Counted from the first letter of the stretch, positions 38,105 through 51,488 are shown. The stretch: DNA of 64,000 nucleotides from Octopus sinensis (GCF_006345805.1 NC_042999.1:107260001-107324000); one strand, 5' to 3'. Translations and numbers: made by a program. The notes: generated by a model not told the origin, from the sequence alone.

Positions 38105-38490
38105 GGTCAGCTGTGTGGTAAGAAGTTTGCTTCCCAACCAAATGGTTCCAGGTTCAGTCTCACTGAGTGGCACTTTGGGCAAGTGTTTATTATTATAGCC
38201 TCAGGCCAACCAAAGCCTTATGAGTGGATTTGGTAGATGGAAACTGAAGAAGACTGTTATATGTATGTGTGCATGTGTGTGTCTTTGTCTCTTTGTGAGT
38301 TTGTCCCCCACCACCACATGTAACCAGTGTTGGTGTTTTTGCATCCCTATAATTTAATGATTCAGCAAAAGAAACCAATAGAAACCAGGCTTAGAAACAT
38401 TAAAAAGATCATTGGGGTTGATTTGTTCTACTAAAAATTCTTCAAGGTAGTGCTACAAGGCGAATTGAAATAAGTAAAACATAAGAGATA
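38105..38490 (+). mobile_element. SINE family A
   Basis: Head, core and tail. Confidence 0.85.
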
Positions 38491-38891
38491 AGTAATTCTA
38501 GAGAATATTTCCTGCATTTGAAAGAACATACATCTTGGGTGATCTTACTGCTAACTAGTCCTGCACATCTGCTCTGTACAACATTCTCTTCTAATTTGCC
38601 TGTGATCCTACTGCATCACTTTTACACTAGTTATAAAGTTGTATCACATAGTTAACATTGTATATACAGCATAGAATGCCTGCCTGCAGTCAATTTTGAG
38701 CACGGCCGCTTCCCAGATTGCTAATAGAGATTTATATTCTTGCTTACTATCAAAATTTGTCTTTGGTACATTTCTTTTAGACCTCTCGGTTATAGACAAT
38801 GCTTTATGGTCTGAAACTTTTCAGCTAATTCTTTGATTGATCTGGCTATATAAACTACGACATTCATATAAAAGAATTACCATAGACATAA

Positions 38892-39060
38892 GTGTAGGAG
38901 TGGCTGTGTGGTAAGTAGCTTGCTTATGAACCACATGGTTCCAGGTTCAGTCCCACTGTGTGGCATCTTGGGCAAATATCTTCTACTATAGCCTCAGGCC
39001 AACCAAAGCCTTGTGAGTGGATTTGGTACACGTAAACTGAAAGAAGCCTGTCATATATAT
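38892..39060 (+). mobile_element. SINE family A, 5' half
   Basis: GTAGGAGTGGCTGTGTGGTAAG head and core. Confidence 0.85.
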
Positions 39061-39099
39061 GTATATGTATATATATGCATGTGTGTGTGTGTATACTCA

Positions 39100-40320
39100 T
39101 ATGATTGACATTTCACTGCACTCAATAAGACCTGTCTGTCACAGTGAAAGTGACAAGCAGTTCTTATTGAAGGCATTAAGTTTATGTCTATACACTCACC
39201 AAGACAAGCTCCTGCACTCAATCTGTTTCCATCAAGCCTTCCCCAACTATCATCTTCCAAACACTCTTCCCTTTATTACTTTCCTAAGTATGGCATTATT
39301 CAGTTACTATCATCAAATGGCTGCAAAATCTGCCCATTTTTTCTTCCACATTGTGCTATTAGTTATGCTTCCACTCCTTGGAATCACTTCCTTTAACATC
39401 CTTCCTTCATTCTCAATATAATCTCTTCAAATTTTGTTTTCCACTGATCATCCCTTTCTGTACCACCAATCAATGTTCCCTCTCCTTTGAACTACGTCTC
39501 AGGACAGCCATACCTCTTCTTTAACACTTTCATATTTGCTATCATTTTCAACACCCAGTCACATTTAGTGTTGACCTTACAGTTCCCATTTCCCCGACTC
39601 ACTATAGCCACTACTATATACTTCTGACCTCCATCTGTGTCCCTCTCTCACCCTACACATCATCTCTATCTGCAGGCTTGTTATATTTCTGCTTTCCAAC
39701 CTTCCTGTACTGCCACTTGCTATCTCCTTTCTCTGATATTTCTTTACCTTTTCCCCACAATACAAATATTTATCATCAACCATACCTCGATCTTTGTTCA
39801 TCATTCGCTAATTTAACATCTACCCCCATCGTCTATAATCATAAGTTACTCTCCTCTTACATTCCTATGAACTTATCTTACCCATGTCTTCTTATCCTTA
39901 GTACATATTTCTTTCATATACTCACCTACTTGTACCTCTGACACCTTGCCACCAACATCTTTATCTTTTTACCAGTAACCCCCACCCACTCCTATATAAT
40001 GTGGAATAGTCATACATCTCCTCTATAACAAAACACTTGTGCCTGTCCTTCTATCATGCTTTAACCTCTCGACACCTAGCAAAAAGCCAACTCCCTCCCC
40101 TTTTGCTACAATACAGTACTTTGTCTTGCAAGTCACTTGGCAATGCCTCACTGGTGCTAGTGTTACAAAATTAAGCAATCAGTACACCCTGTAAAGTGGT
40201 TAGCGTTAGGAAGGGCATCCAGCTATAGAAGTCATACTAAAGCAGACACTGGTGCACAGCATGATCTTCCAGTTCATTGGATCCTGCTAAACCCTGCAAA
40301 ACCTGACAGTATAGAAGATA
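39100..40320 (+). mobile_element. Old C/T-rich retroelement remnant ending in the RTE-X-type tail
   Basis: Tail GGTTAGCGTTAGGAAGGGCATCCAGC at ~40200; the body has weak similarity to PLE thumb/GIY-YIG sequence (low certainty). Confidence 0.4.
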
Positions 40321-40321
40321 T

Positions 40322-41092
40322 GTTTCTTCATTAGCCACATAGGGCTGCACACAAACGGGGACAAATTACAAGGTAGAGCTTTTCTTTTTGGGGAGAAAAA
40401 AAGTGGGGGGTCGGTTTTCAATCAAAAGGGATCGTAAAAAGAAAAGAAAAAAAGGGGGAGGAAAAAAACCATCAATAGGGATCATGTATCACAGAAATGT
40501 CATGATATAAAGTGTAAAGGGGAAACATGAGGTTTATCCGTGGAAAGAAAAGCCTACGGAAAAGACCACAGTAACCTCGGTCAATAATGTCACATGTTAA
40601 CACATTTATTTGCAAGTAAGTAACTCTCTGTTTTAAATTTTTCCGGGTTCATAGGATCATACTCAAGGTGGCTTCATCATTCATACATGCCATCCTTGCT
40701 ACATTCACCCGTCTTTTTTAAAAACATTTGCTAGACAAAACTTGCCTCTCTACTCTCACTTTCCTTTTCATGTGATACTTGAAGTTGATGAAAGATTGAC
40801 CAGAGAGGAAAGTGTTTGTCTCTAATCCTTTCAGACACATCCACCAGTTAAATTCTTTCGCCATAACCACAAGTATGATGAAAATAGCTCTTCCTTCCCA
40901 TTTGAAGGAAGGAGGCATAGCAATATTGACGATAGACACGGCTGATAAACTGACTCGTCCCACATGGGACAGCAGTTGTTCGACATAAGCCCACAGGTCA
41001 GAAATGGCTAGACACTGCACAAGTGCGTGCAGAATGGTTTCGTCACTCTGACCGCATCTCAGGCAGGTCAGCTGTTGATATATATCGTGGGT
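40322..41092 (-). mobile_element. L1/Tx1-like LINE 3' fragment (C-terminal CCHC zinc knuckle plus 3' UTR)
   Basis: CLRCGQSDETILHALVQC followed by ORF 40718-41020; 3' UTR ends TGTGGCTAATGAAGAAA. Confidence 0.75.
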
Positions 41093-43444
41093 AGATGGGT
41101 GTGTGTGTGTGTGTGTGTTTATATTGTTTCTTATATTACCTTCATGTTGAAAGTAAGAAATAATTATTTACAAAATGAAATTATTTGAAAGGTACTCCAG
41201 CATGGTTTTTGCTATGATTGTTGAGATGCATTAAAGAAGTCTTTAATGTATATGTAAGCCATTAACTATTTGATTTTCAAGTCTTAAAGATGCTACATTT
41301 TAGCTTGCTTTTTAGAAAAAGATATAATTAATAATATGTTCAAATATAGCATCAATGACAGAATTTAAACTGAAAGCATTTATTTTGATAAGTCTAGCAT
41401 TAACATTAATGCAAGCACACATCATATAACTTAATCTATAAACACGAAAGAACCTGTTATATGCAAATATAAAATTGAAAGTAAAATGCACGCAAATATG
41501 CCATCAATTTCAAAACTGTAAGTTAAATAAATTTAGCATCTTAATTTAACTTTTAACTATCGACAGCATCTATGATGTTTCACAGTTACTGAAAGGATAA
41601 AGTTACTTGACTGTTCAGAAATGAGTTATCTGTTAGTTTCACTATTATTTTTAACAATTTTTCTACTGATTCGAAAGAATCAAACATTAGGATGATATTA
41701 TCTGTTTTCTTTGAGATCTCATTCCATGAGTCAGCAATAACTAAGCATTTAATTGCATATGTTATACTCTAGATTATGCTTTTTTCCATTTTTCTGTCAA
41801 CTATGATTTCCTGAGAACAAAAAAACACTAATGGAAAAGAAAATAATAATAAAAATAAATAATAAATAAAGCTGAAAGAATATAGTCAATAAAACAATGT
41901 TTCTGTGACCAAAATAGTAACAACAGAAGCAATTCTCAAACACTTTTGTCTTTCAATAAATATCATCATGATGTCGGAGATGGTGAGTTTGTTTAATGGC
42001 ACAATAATAGCAGAGCAGATAGAATAATTCTCTACAGTCCTGACACTATAATGTAGACTGTTTCCTGTATTTGGATAGTGAAAGAGAAAGAATTCATTTC
42101 ATTGATATAGTATAATTGTATAACATCGACATCACAAAATATATCAATTTTTACTTCCATTTTTCTGTGTTAGCATAGGTGAAATGGTTTCCACTATGTT
42201 TATATAATGGCTTAATGATAAAGCAATCATTATTGCTGTTGAATGTTCTTCTTACCACTAACTGATTAGCCATGGATGTTATTACTGTTGTTGGTGTTAT
42301 TGTTATCAGTGTTTAACCCCTGGTGAGTATTGATTGAGCAGGTCTATCATCAAAAGCATTCCAGCTATGACCATCCTATCTTTCTTTTCAGACATAATGA
42401 ATAGAGAGGAGTATTCTTCAATTCTGACTGACAAACATTTTTGGCATTGGTGACATAGTGAAAAGAATTCAGTCCTTGTAATTCAGTCAGCAAAAGGAAC
42501 ATATATCTATAAAAAAAAATACATGCAAAAAAAAAGAAAAGAAAAGAAATACAGAGAAAACATGGCACACACAACAAGTAGAGATAGTTTTCACTCTTGC
42601 TGTATATATCAGATGACAAAGGAACAAGACAAGTGGCTAAATGCTGAGGTAGAACAGACCTGCCCAACTCATACCAACATAGAAAAAAATGGACATAAAA
42701 TGAGCACACCAATTCCACTGCCACCACTATTGTCATTGTCAGTAGCAGTAGCAGTGAAAACCATTGTATCTAAAACATTTTTAAGATGAAGAGGAGGGAT
42801 TTCAGGAAGATTGTTTCCATTTCCTGTTGTATAAATGAAACCTGCTCCTTAACTCAGAAATTTAAATTCAGGCACACAGAACACAATTGAACTCAACTTG
42901 AGAACAGCTTGTCCTTGCTGTTCTCAAGCTGAAAAATAAATACCAGCCCCCACTCCCACACTCATCTGCCATAAAAATATCTGTGAACTCAGCCCCACCT
43001 TACCTCTAATGAAAAGATAAAATAGAATCTGTGTCTATGTATTTCTTCATCATAATTTTTGGTAAATTTAGAATGATTAAAACCATCTTAATTTTATCAG
43101 ACATGTCAGTTTTCCTTGTCCCATTTTCAATCATCACAATCACCTACACCCATGGGGAATATGGCCCCTTACTATGAGAAACAATGTTGTAGTCAGTGGT
43201 TCAGTAATGCTAACCACATGACTAGTATAATTCATATATTAGTATCACAGTGTTGTACTAAACAGTAAGAAGCATTTCTATTTCTTAACCATTAGACAAA
43301 CATAAGATAAACACTGAGTAAAAAGAAGGCTATAGCTTTCTTTGTTTGCTTGTTTGTATTATACCATTATCTCTTAGATTTAGAAATTTTCCTGAAAGAT
43401 AGTATCCTTTTTTTTCTATATTTTCTTTTACTGTAGTGTGGATG

Positions 43445-43680
43445 TGTGAAGACGCATGATTATAAGATTATGGGTTCAATACTTGACTGGGTGGCATGTT
43501 GTATCCTTGGGCAAGGCACACCATTTCACATTGCTCCAGTCTACTCAGCTGAAAATGAGTATCAATCTAGTGCTGGTGCAGTCCTCTCTCCCTCTGGCTG
43601 TCACATTCTTGATGCTCCACTGGATCAACAGCAGCTGAGAGGGTATCCATGCTACTCATAACTTCTTAAAAGTAAACAGT
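43445..43680 (+). mobile_element. tRNA-derived SINE (family C-type), old
   Basis: GGTTCAATAC B-box-like motif, TCCTTGGGCAAGGCAC core. Confidence 0.6.
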
Positions 43681-43919
43681 GAAAGTATGGTACATGTTAA
43701 CAGGTTGCACTCATTTACAAGAGATGGCCTGGTCATATTAAGTGGAGATACGATAATTTAATCTTGTTGAAAGTAATTTTAGAAAAATGGTAGACCAAAA
43801 GGATATTTATTACTTCTTATATTATAAATGAGAATATTGGTTCTTAATCTGAAATTGTCTATTTTTAATTAGGATAAGAGATGATCAGAAATATAAAAGC
43901 TATAGTTTTTTTTCTTAGT

Positions 43920-44152
43920 GGAGGTGCGTGGCTTAGTGGTTAGGGTATCAGCACCATGATCATAAGATTGTGGTTTCAATTCCTGGACTGGGTGACGCAT
44001 AGTATTCTTGAGCAAAACACTTCATTTCACGTTGCTCCAGTCTACTCAACTGGCAAAAATGAGTAAGGCTGCAATGGACTGGCGTCCCATACACCATTGA
44101 AACCAGGAAACCGAGCCCATGTGCCTGACTAGGCTTTAAAAAAGGACGCATT
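43920..44152 (+). mobile_element. SINE family C
   Basis: TGGCTTAGTGGTTAGG A-box, TCTTGAGCAAAACACTT core, GCAATGGACTGGCGTCC body. Confidence 0.75.
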
Positions 44153-44284
44153 AATTTTTTTATTTATAGTTTTTTTAAAGATTAGTATTGTTGTTTAGCT
44201 TATGTCCAGCTTTGCTTGGAGAAGCACATGAACAAAGCCATTTTTACCAAAACTATCTCATATATATTTCTTTCTTTTCTTTTT

Positions 44285-44685
44285 TTCTTTTCGTTGTTTC
44301 AGTCATTTGACTGCGGCCATGCTGGAGCACCGCCTTTAGTCGAGCAAATCGACCCTGGGACTTATTCTTTGTAAGCCCAGTACTTATTCTATCGGTCTCT
44401 TTTTGCCGAACCGCTAAGTGACGGGGACGTAAACACACCAGCATCGGTTGTCAAGCAATGCTAAGGGGACAAACACAGACACACAAACACACACACATAC
44501 ATATATATATATATACATATATACGACAGGCTTCTTTCAGTTTCTGTCTACCAAATCCACTCACAAGGCATTGGTCGGCCCAGGGCTATAGATGAAGACA
44601 CTTGCCCAAGATGCCACGCAGTGGGACTGAACCCGGAACCATGTGGTTGGTTAGCAAGCTACTTACCACACAGCCACTCCTGCGC
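44285..44685 (-). mobile_element. SINE family A, full length, young (CpGs retained)
   Basis: Complete head to tail. Confidence 0.9.
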
Positions 44686-44724
44686 CATATGTATACCTAT
44701 GTTTATATTATCCAAAACTCAGGG

Positions 44725-45150
44725 AAACTTACAATAGGATATTGCTTTCACATTTGGAACAGTGAGACTGCTGCCAGAAAAAAGACACCCTATTGGTTGG
44801 CTTAAAGTTACTCACAGGCATACTCCAGCCCCTGGTTCACAACTGTGCTGTGTCATTTTTCTACTCTTTCTACTGCCATTGTAATGGCTTTTGTTCCTTG
44901 GAATTCTTTGAGATCAAACCACCTCCACTCAAGCATTCATGCCCCACTCATCTCTCTTCCCCTCTTTATCTTTGTTGCATCCACCCCCATCAAGACTCAC
45001 AATAATCACTCCATTTAGTCTTTCCTTCCCAGAAAATCATTCCTCTGGAACTCCCTCTCTGCTCATAGATTTTCCTGAAGGCATTTGGTTTTACAAAGGT
45101 TCAAGAGGAACATTAATGGCATCAATCTCACCGGTCTAAGAGTAACTGCA
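44725..45150 (+). mobile_element. L2/CR1/Jockey-group LINE 3' fragment, degraded
   Basis: SFFYSFYCHCNGFCSLEF..PPPLKHS followed by LWNSL-like and FK motifs across frameshifts. Confidence 0.5.
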
Positions 45151-46009
45151 AAGGCCATGGGCACTGTTTGTTTCTCTAGGCCCAATAAGTAAAATACATC
45201 TTTCTTTTTTATAAGAGGGTTGTAGTTTAGGAGAGATTTGGCTGTTGTTTCATGTAATTGTGTAGAGTCTCCCTCATTTACTTGCATTTTTAAGATTGTT
45301 ACAAAAGTGATGTAATAAACTTTTTGTTAGTTTTATTATTTTTTTTTTTTGTGTTCTGTCATGATAAATATATTTTATTCTTATCTTTTGATGATCCAAT
45401 TGCTCCTAACTATATGTAGATTAACATTTAATTTTTTTTTATAATCATATAAAATTTGTTTTCTTCTCTAATGTATGATTAGTTATCTACACTTTTCCTT
45501 GTAGTCATTTTATCTCTGTGCTGAGAGAAATTTTCAATCAGCTTTGTGATACACTAAATTTTCTTCTAACCAAATATATTTCCTATCTACTATTTCTTGT
45601 TCCATATTTAAGAAATTCACTTGTTGTTGCATTGTTTAAATAACTTAAAATTTCAAACACTATCTCACCATCTAGGTGCCATACAGAATCTATGGCTGCT
45701 GTTTGTACAAAACCAATCAACTAAAATCTCCAATGACTCATTACTGTCAAATGAGTCAAACACATTTTAGATTTCCAGACAAATTTTACTTTTGCATATA
45801 ATTTGAAAGCAAACTATTAAATGAGATGAGACACAATCATTGAGAGGTTATAATGCAGGACTTCTGAATATATGATTATTAATTTCATTCTTACTATAGC
45901 CATTGTGTTTATGCTCCTTGACAAGGAATATGAGTCCAATTGTGTTAGTCTGCCTTGTCTTCTATGCAATCAAATGGTTAACAGAATAGAGGGCATTCTT
46001 TTATTCTTT

Positions 46010-46187
46010 TATTTGTTTTCGTCATTTGACTGTGACCAAGAAATCGACCCCTGGACTTATTTTTCATAAGCCTAGTACTTATTCTATCGGTCTCTTTTGC
46101 TGAACCGCTAAGTTACAGGGATGTAAACACACCAGCATCAGTTGTCAAGCGATGTTGTGGGGGACAAACACAGACGCACAAACATAT

Positions 46188-46219
<32 letters not shown>

Positions 46220-46385
46220 GTATATGATGGGCTTCCTTCAGTTTCCATCTACCAAATCCAATCACAAGGCTTTGGTCGGCCCGAGGCTATAGTAGAAGAC
46301 ACTTGCCCAAGGTGCCATGCAGTGGGACTGAACCTGGAACCATGTGGCTGGTAAGCAAGCTACTTACCACACAGTCACTCCTGTA
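46010..46385 (-). mobile_element. SINE family A
   Basis: Head, core and tail. Confidence 0.85.
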
Positions 46386-46692
46386 CCTAGCAATTATATC
46401 AATTTTTGTAAGAGTATAAATATATTGTAAACACAGTAATATGGATATGAATCTATAACAAAAATAAAATATATGTAAGTGCAATTTTGCTTTTATACTT
46501 GCTACAGTTTTATAAATACATATCAATATTAATACAATCTCCAATGATTTCATTCTAAGTTGTTTTATTTTGCTGTGTTTTTGTAACGAGCAAGTCCATT
46601 ATTTCAAAATTTCTTTCTTCTAAGAATTTTATCAGCTTAATGTTTCTCATAAGGTTGGGGAGCTGTGAGGGTTGGTAAAGAGCTGGAAATTA

Positions 46693-46853
46693 GGCACATG
46701 GAGTGGCTGTGTGGTAAGTAGCTTGCTTACGAACTACATGGTTCCGGGTTCAGTCCTGCAGCATGGCACCTTGGGCAAGTGTCTTTTACTATAGCCTCAG
46801 GCCGACCAAAGCCTTGTGATTGGATTTCGTAGATGGAAACTGAAGAAGCCTGT

Positions 46854-46894
<41 letters not shown>

Positions 46895-47105
46895 GTGCAT
46901 GTGTTTGTGTATCTGTGCTTGTCACTCCAACATTGCTTGACAACCGATGCTGGTGTGTTTACGTCCCTGTTACTTAGCGTTTCAGCAAAAGCGACCGATA
47001 GAATAAATACTAGGCTTACAAAGAATAAGTCCTGGGGTCGGTTTGCTCGACTAAAGGTGGTGCTCCAGCATGGCCGCAGTCAAATGACTGAAATAAGTAA
47101 AAGAA
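46693..47105 (+). mobile_element. SINE family A, full length
   Basis: Complete head to tail. Confidence 0.9.
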
Positions 47106-47600
47106 TGTGGTATGCAGAGTATTTCTCATTTGGAATTTTTGTTGACATTTGCAAGCTCTTCACTACAGGGTTCATGTGGCAGGTCATCTGGAAGTGAATG
47201 CTTTTTGAGGAATTCATTGTTAACCTTCAAGTTGTCATTCACTTCCTTTTTGATATATTTGTTGTTGACATTTATTTTCACTCTTATTGTTTAGCAGGTG
47301 TTGTCTGAACGATATCATACAGCACTCAAAGGCTGTCTGTATTATTCTTAAATGCCTTCTCTCCTCTTCTTTCTCCAAGATAGGTCTCTGTTGATATCAT
47401 TGTTTCAGGGTAAATTTGTAGCTGATGGTAGGAACACATGGAGTTTTATACTAAATGATGCAGATTTACTCTATAGACCAGTTGAGTTTCCAAACTATGG
47501 GTATCAGTACAGGTACAGTAAATGCATTGGGAAAGATTGTCTTGCCATAAAATGAAAGCTCTAACTGCCATATTTTATAAAGTTTAGTATAATTTTCTTC
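47105..47600 (-). mobile_element. RTE-like remnant, opposite in orientation to the adjacent 3' piece
   Basis: KLYKIWQLELSFYGKTIFPNAFTVPVL resembles the RTE RT C-terminal region. Confidence 0.4.
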
Positions 47601-47696
47601 GTTTATTTTATGTATGTATGTATGTATGTATGTATGTATGTATGTATGTATGTATGTATGTATGTATGTGTGCATGTGCATGCATGAATATATATA

Positions 47697-48360
47697 TGGA
47701 GGATGACAGGATTCAACAACAGCTCTTCTATGGTGAGCTGTGAACTGGAAAGCATTCTCTGCACCAAACAAGGTACAAAGACTGTATTAAGGGTAATATC
47801 AAGGAACTGCAAACTGATGTAAAGAACCAGGACGAACTTACTTTGGAAAAAGTTGAGTGGAGGAAATGCATAAGGGAAGATCATAAAACTTTTGAAGAGT
47901 GTCATCTTGAGCACAAAAGACCTAAGCACCGGCTTATGAGAGGCTGTGATTAAAACTTCAATAAGGAAATAAAGTGCTAGAGGTGTGAAATATTTGGTTG
48001 CGTACTCTTTTCTAAGGCTGGGTATGTCAATCATCTGAAGCCCCATGAAAAATCAATTGTGCACAATATCATTCCTCCTTGATTGAGTGATTAAATGTGA
48101 ATTGTGTGTGAAATGGCTTGGAAGTCAATTTCAGGTCTGAAGAGGCATATGGTGGTTCACAGAGATCATATCTCACAAAATGATCTGATCAATCCAGTGG
48201 AAGTTGCGACATTTGTTTGTCACCTATGATTCAAACTGTGCAGTTTGCAACATGAGTGAATAGTTATCTGAAAGGTCATAGACAAAAGTTCAGAAGTGCC
48301 ATTGAGAATGAGGAAGCTTAGAAAGACAGCAGTCATCTGTGAAGATAGAGCAATTACCAT
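47697..48360 (+). mobile_element. RTE-clade LINE 3' end with three decayed C2H2-like fingers
   Basis: EDDRIQQQLFYGEL..RYKDCIK, then C*RC..SKAGYVNHLKPH, CELC..SGLKRHMVVH and CHL*..YLKGH. Confidence 0.7.
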
Positions 48361-48429
48361 GTATGTTTGTTTCTTCACTTTTTTTTATTTATTAGAATTC
48401 TTCCAAACAGAAGCAACGTCACTGGAATT

Positions 48430-48800
48430 TAGATGATAATAATACATACTGAACTTCAAGAAAGTCTTGTATACTTTTGCTGTTCCACATATGGAATTTG
48501 TGAAGTTCGTGTGGGCTAGTCTCGTTTTTGTTTGAAAATCCTAGATTTTCCAGATTCTCACTCAGTCATCTACAATTTATGTACATATGGAGGGACAGAT
48601 GGATGAATGGATGGAGGAATGGATGCCTGCGTGTTCATGCATATTCTTCACCAATGTATATCAGTAAAGGATGTAAACGCTGGTGAGAAAATTGAAATGA
48701 AAAACTGGTGCTTTTTTGCATAAAGTTCCTTGCTACATTTGTTCTGAGTTGAGGTATAGAAATTCGCTTGGCACTCTCACAATCATAAATGGACCAATAT
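48430..48800 (-). mobile_element. R4/Dong-like remnant
   Basis: LSENLENLGFSNK and GTAKVYKTFLKF match the C-terminus seen at ~18930-19050. Confidence 0.5.
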
Positions 48801-50209
48801 TAACCTGTAACCAATGAAACCAATATAAAATGGAAAAACTAATCATACTTTCACGCACATCCATCCATCCATCCATACATACATATATACATACATACAT
48901 ACATACATACATACATACATACGCATGCACGCACACACATACATACATACATAGACAGAGTAGACAAGGAACTCTACAGGAAGTAATACCTTATGTTTAA
49001 ATATCCTTATAGCCAGAGCACCTGTAATTCCTGTATCAATTTCAAACTTTTCCCTCCATCAGGACTAACAGATGCACCAACCAAAATATGTGCCCCAAAA
49101 TACTGAGTCTGGCTCACATATCATGATTGGTGCACCTACTGCATACACTGCTATTATAGTCAAACAACAGACTCTTTACATGGTTGCTTTGTCTGCTAGA
49201 AATAACAGCTATATCTCACTCAAATCATATGCATCATCTTTAAAAACTGAGTACACATTATTGCACAGTGTAGTTTAAGATTACCAAAGGATGGACCAAT
49301 CACTACCAGAATACCTTTGATCATAGGCTTGTTTGTTTAATCAGGGTTAGACGTGTTAAACAACAACTACCACAAATTGACAATCTGCATCTGAGACTGC
49401 ATTCGGAAGCACAAATAACATTTTCTTTGCGCTATAGAATTTGCAGTGCTGAAATCACTTCACACTCTGTATCTGCATCCTAACTTCTCTACCCTACCCC
49501 ATATTGTTAATCTCTGTAAACCATGCACAAAGCACAATACCTGAATAAGAGAGCACATGACTAAGTATTTCTGAATACACAGAACCGAATTACATCATAT
49601 GCTGTATGGTTTGGTGTGTAAGTAACCTGGTTACTTTTATCAAATGAACATGAAATTCTTCTGTGCATGACAGACTATTTATAAGCATCTAAACTAAAAT
49701 GGAAAAGAGCATAGCATGTAGAAAATCTATGTAGACTCAAAATCATGAGAATCTAGTTCTCAGTTTTTGATTCCATTTTCTCCTAAGCTTTTCTTAAATC
49801 CCCAAAGTATATTCACAATAATAGCATGTATATCTGCACACACGTAAAACATGCTAATCAGAAAACTTTAACATATTTGTGTGACCTATTAAAAGCAACA
49901 GCCCAGCCACCCTCATATCACATCCTATTGTCTTAAAAAAAAGGAAGAACACATTGGGTAATTTTGTCACTAAGGTATAAAAATATGGATTAGTCATAGC
50001 TGGAACAATATATCTATTATCATAAATTTACTCAGTTAAACATGACCAAAGGATAAACAATAACATCATACACATAGTACACACAATTTACAGGTAGAGA
50101 GTTGCTTGTGTGGTTTAGCTCCAGGTCAGCCTTGTCTGTGTAGACTTATGATTGTGGTGCACCTGATCACTGTATACAATAATTTCATTATTATTATTAT
50201 TATTATTAT

Positions 50210-51457
50210 GATTTTTCCTTTTTCCTTCAAATTTTCTTCCGTTTCTCGCCGAGTGTTTTCCATACACCTAGGGCAGAGAAGGGCATTGTATGCATTCCCA
50301 GATTACACGCGCAAATTCACAGATAAAATATGTATTTAAAAATTAATAAATAAATAAATTCATGAATGGATGTTATTTTCACAGCGATAGTGCTCTTCTC
50401 AGTACATGAGCCATTCCAGTTAATACGATTTTTTGCACTTCCTGTAGGGATGTTAAGCCTGAAATCATTTTTCAAATAGGTTTCAGTACCTTTTTTTATC
50501 ATTCCTAGAGATCCTACAATCACTGGTACTGTAGTCGCCTTGAGATGCCACATTTTTTCAATTTCTATTAGCAGGTCTTTATATTTACTAATCTTGTCAA
50601 ATTCTTTCGCCGCTATATTGTGATCACAGGGAATACTCATGTCAATTAATAAACACATCCTTTTTGTCTGATCTTTTATAATAATATCCGGTTTATTAAC
50701 TTTTATCGTCCTGTTGGTCTGCACGGGGAAGTCCCATAGAATCAACACATTTTCTCCCTCAGTGACAGCTTCAGGATGATATTTATACTATTTGTCAGCG
50801 GATTTGATTTTATAATGCCGACATATTGTCCAATGTAAATACTGGCCGATTCTGTCAGGTCTTGCTTTATATTCTGCAGGTGCTAAGACTCTACACCCTG
50901 AGATTAAGTGGTCTATTGTTTCAATCTCATCGTTACAGAATCGGCATTTTGGGTCAGCTCCATTTTTTATCACAATGGCTTGGTAGTTCCGGGTTAATAA
51001 GCTTTGGTCTTGAACAGCTAATATGAAACCTTCACTCTCTGCTTTTAGCGCTGAGCTTCGTAACCATTGGTGTGTGTGCTTCTGGTTGACATCAGCTTGT
51101 TTGCTATGGGCCACATACTTGCCATGGAGAGGTTTCTGTTCCCATCTGCTAGCTAAATTTTCATGTGCTTTTGTCTTTGCAATTAATTTTATTTTCTTTG
51201 CAGCTGCAGTTGGCGCATTTCCTTCAGCCTGCTCAATCTGGTGGGTATCTAAGAGATCAGCAGCGAATTTTTTGCTCTCTTTGAGAATAGAGTGAAGTTT
51301 TTTTAGGTCTTTCATGTTTTTCAACAAGTTTTAGCATCCAATCGTTGGTTGTTTCAAGGTATTTGGCCAGTCCGAATGTGGTGGTTTTGTATGTAAGTTC
51401 AAGTTGGATCAAGCCTCAACCTCCCTGAGCTCTGGGAAGGTAAATGCGATCCACATC

Positions 51458-51458
<1 letters not shown>
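50210..51458 (-). mobile_element. R4/Dong-like retrotransposon, 5'-truncated, inserted in (TAA)n
   Basis: VDRIYLPRAQGG, ORF 50788-51327 (CRFC..ETIDHLISGC) and ORF 50317-50748 (ILWDF..KPDIII..LIDMS..KISKY); (TAA)n on both flanks. Confidence 0.9.

Positions 51459-51488
<30 letters not shown>

Noticed and set aside
41960-41992. ATGATGTCGGAGATG|GTGAGT, a possible first coding exon
   Set aside because: An isolated donor match is expected by chance; no compatible downstream exon was found.
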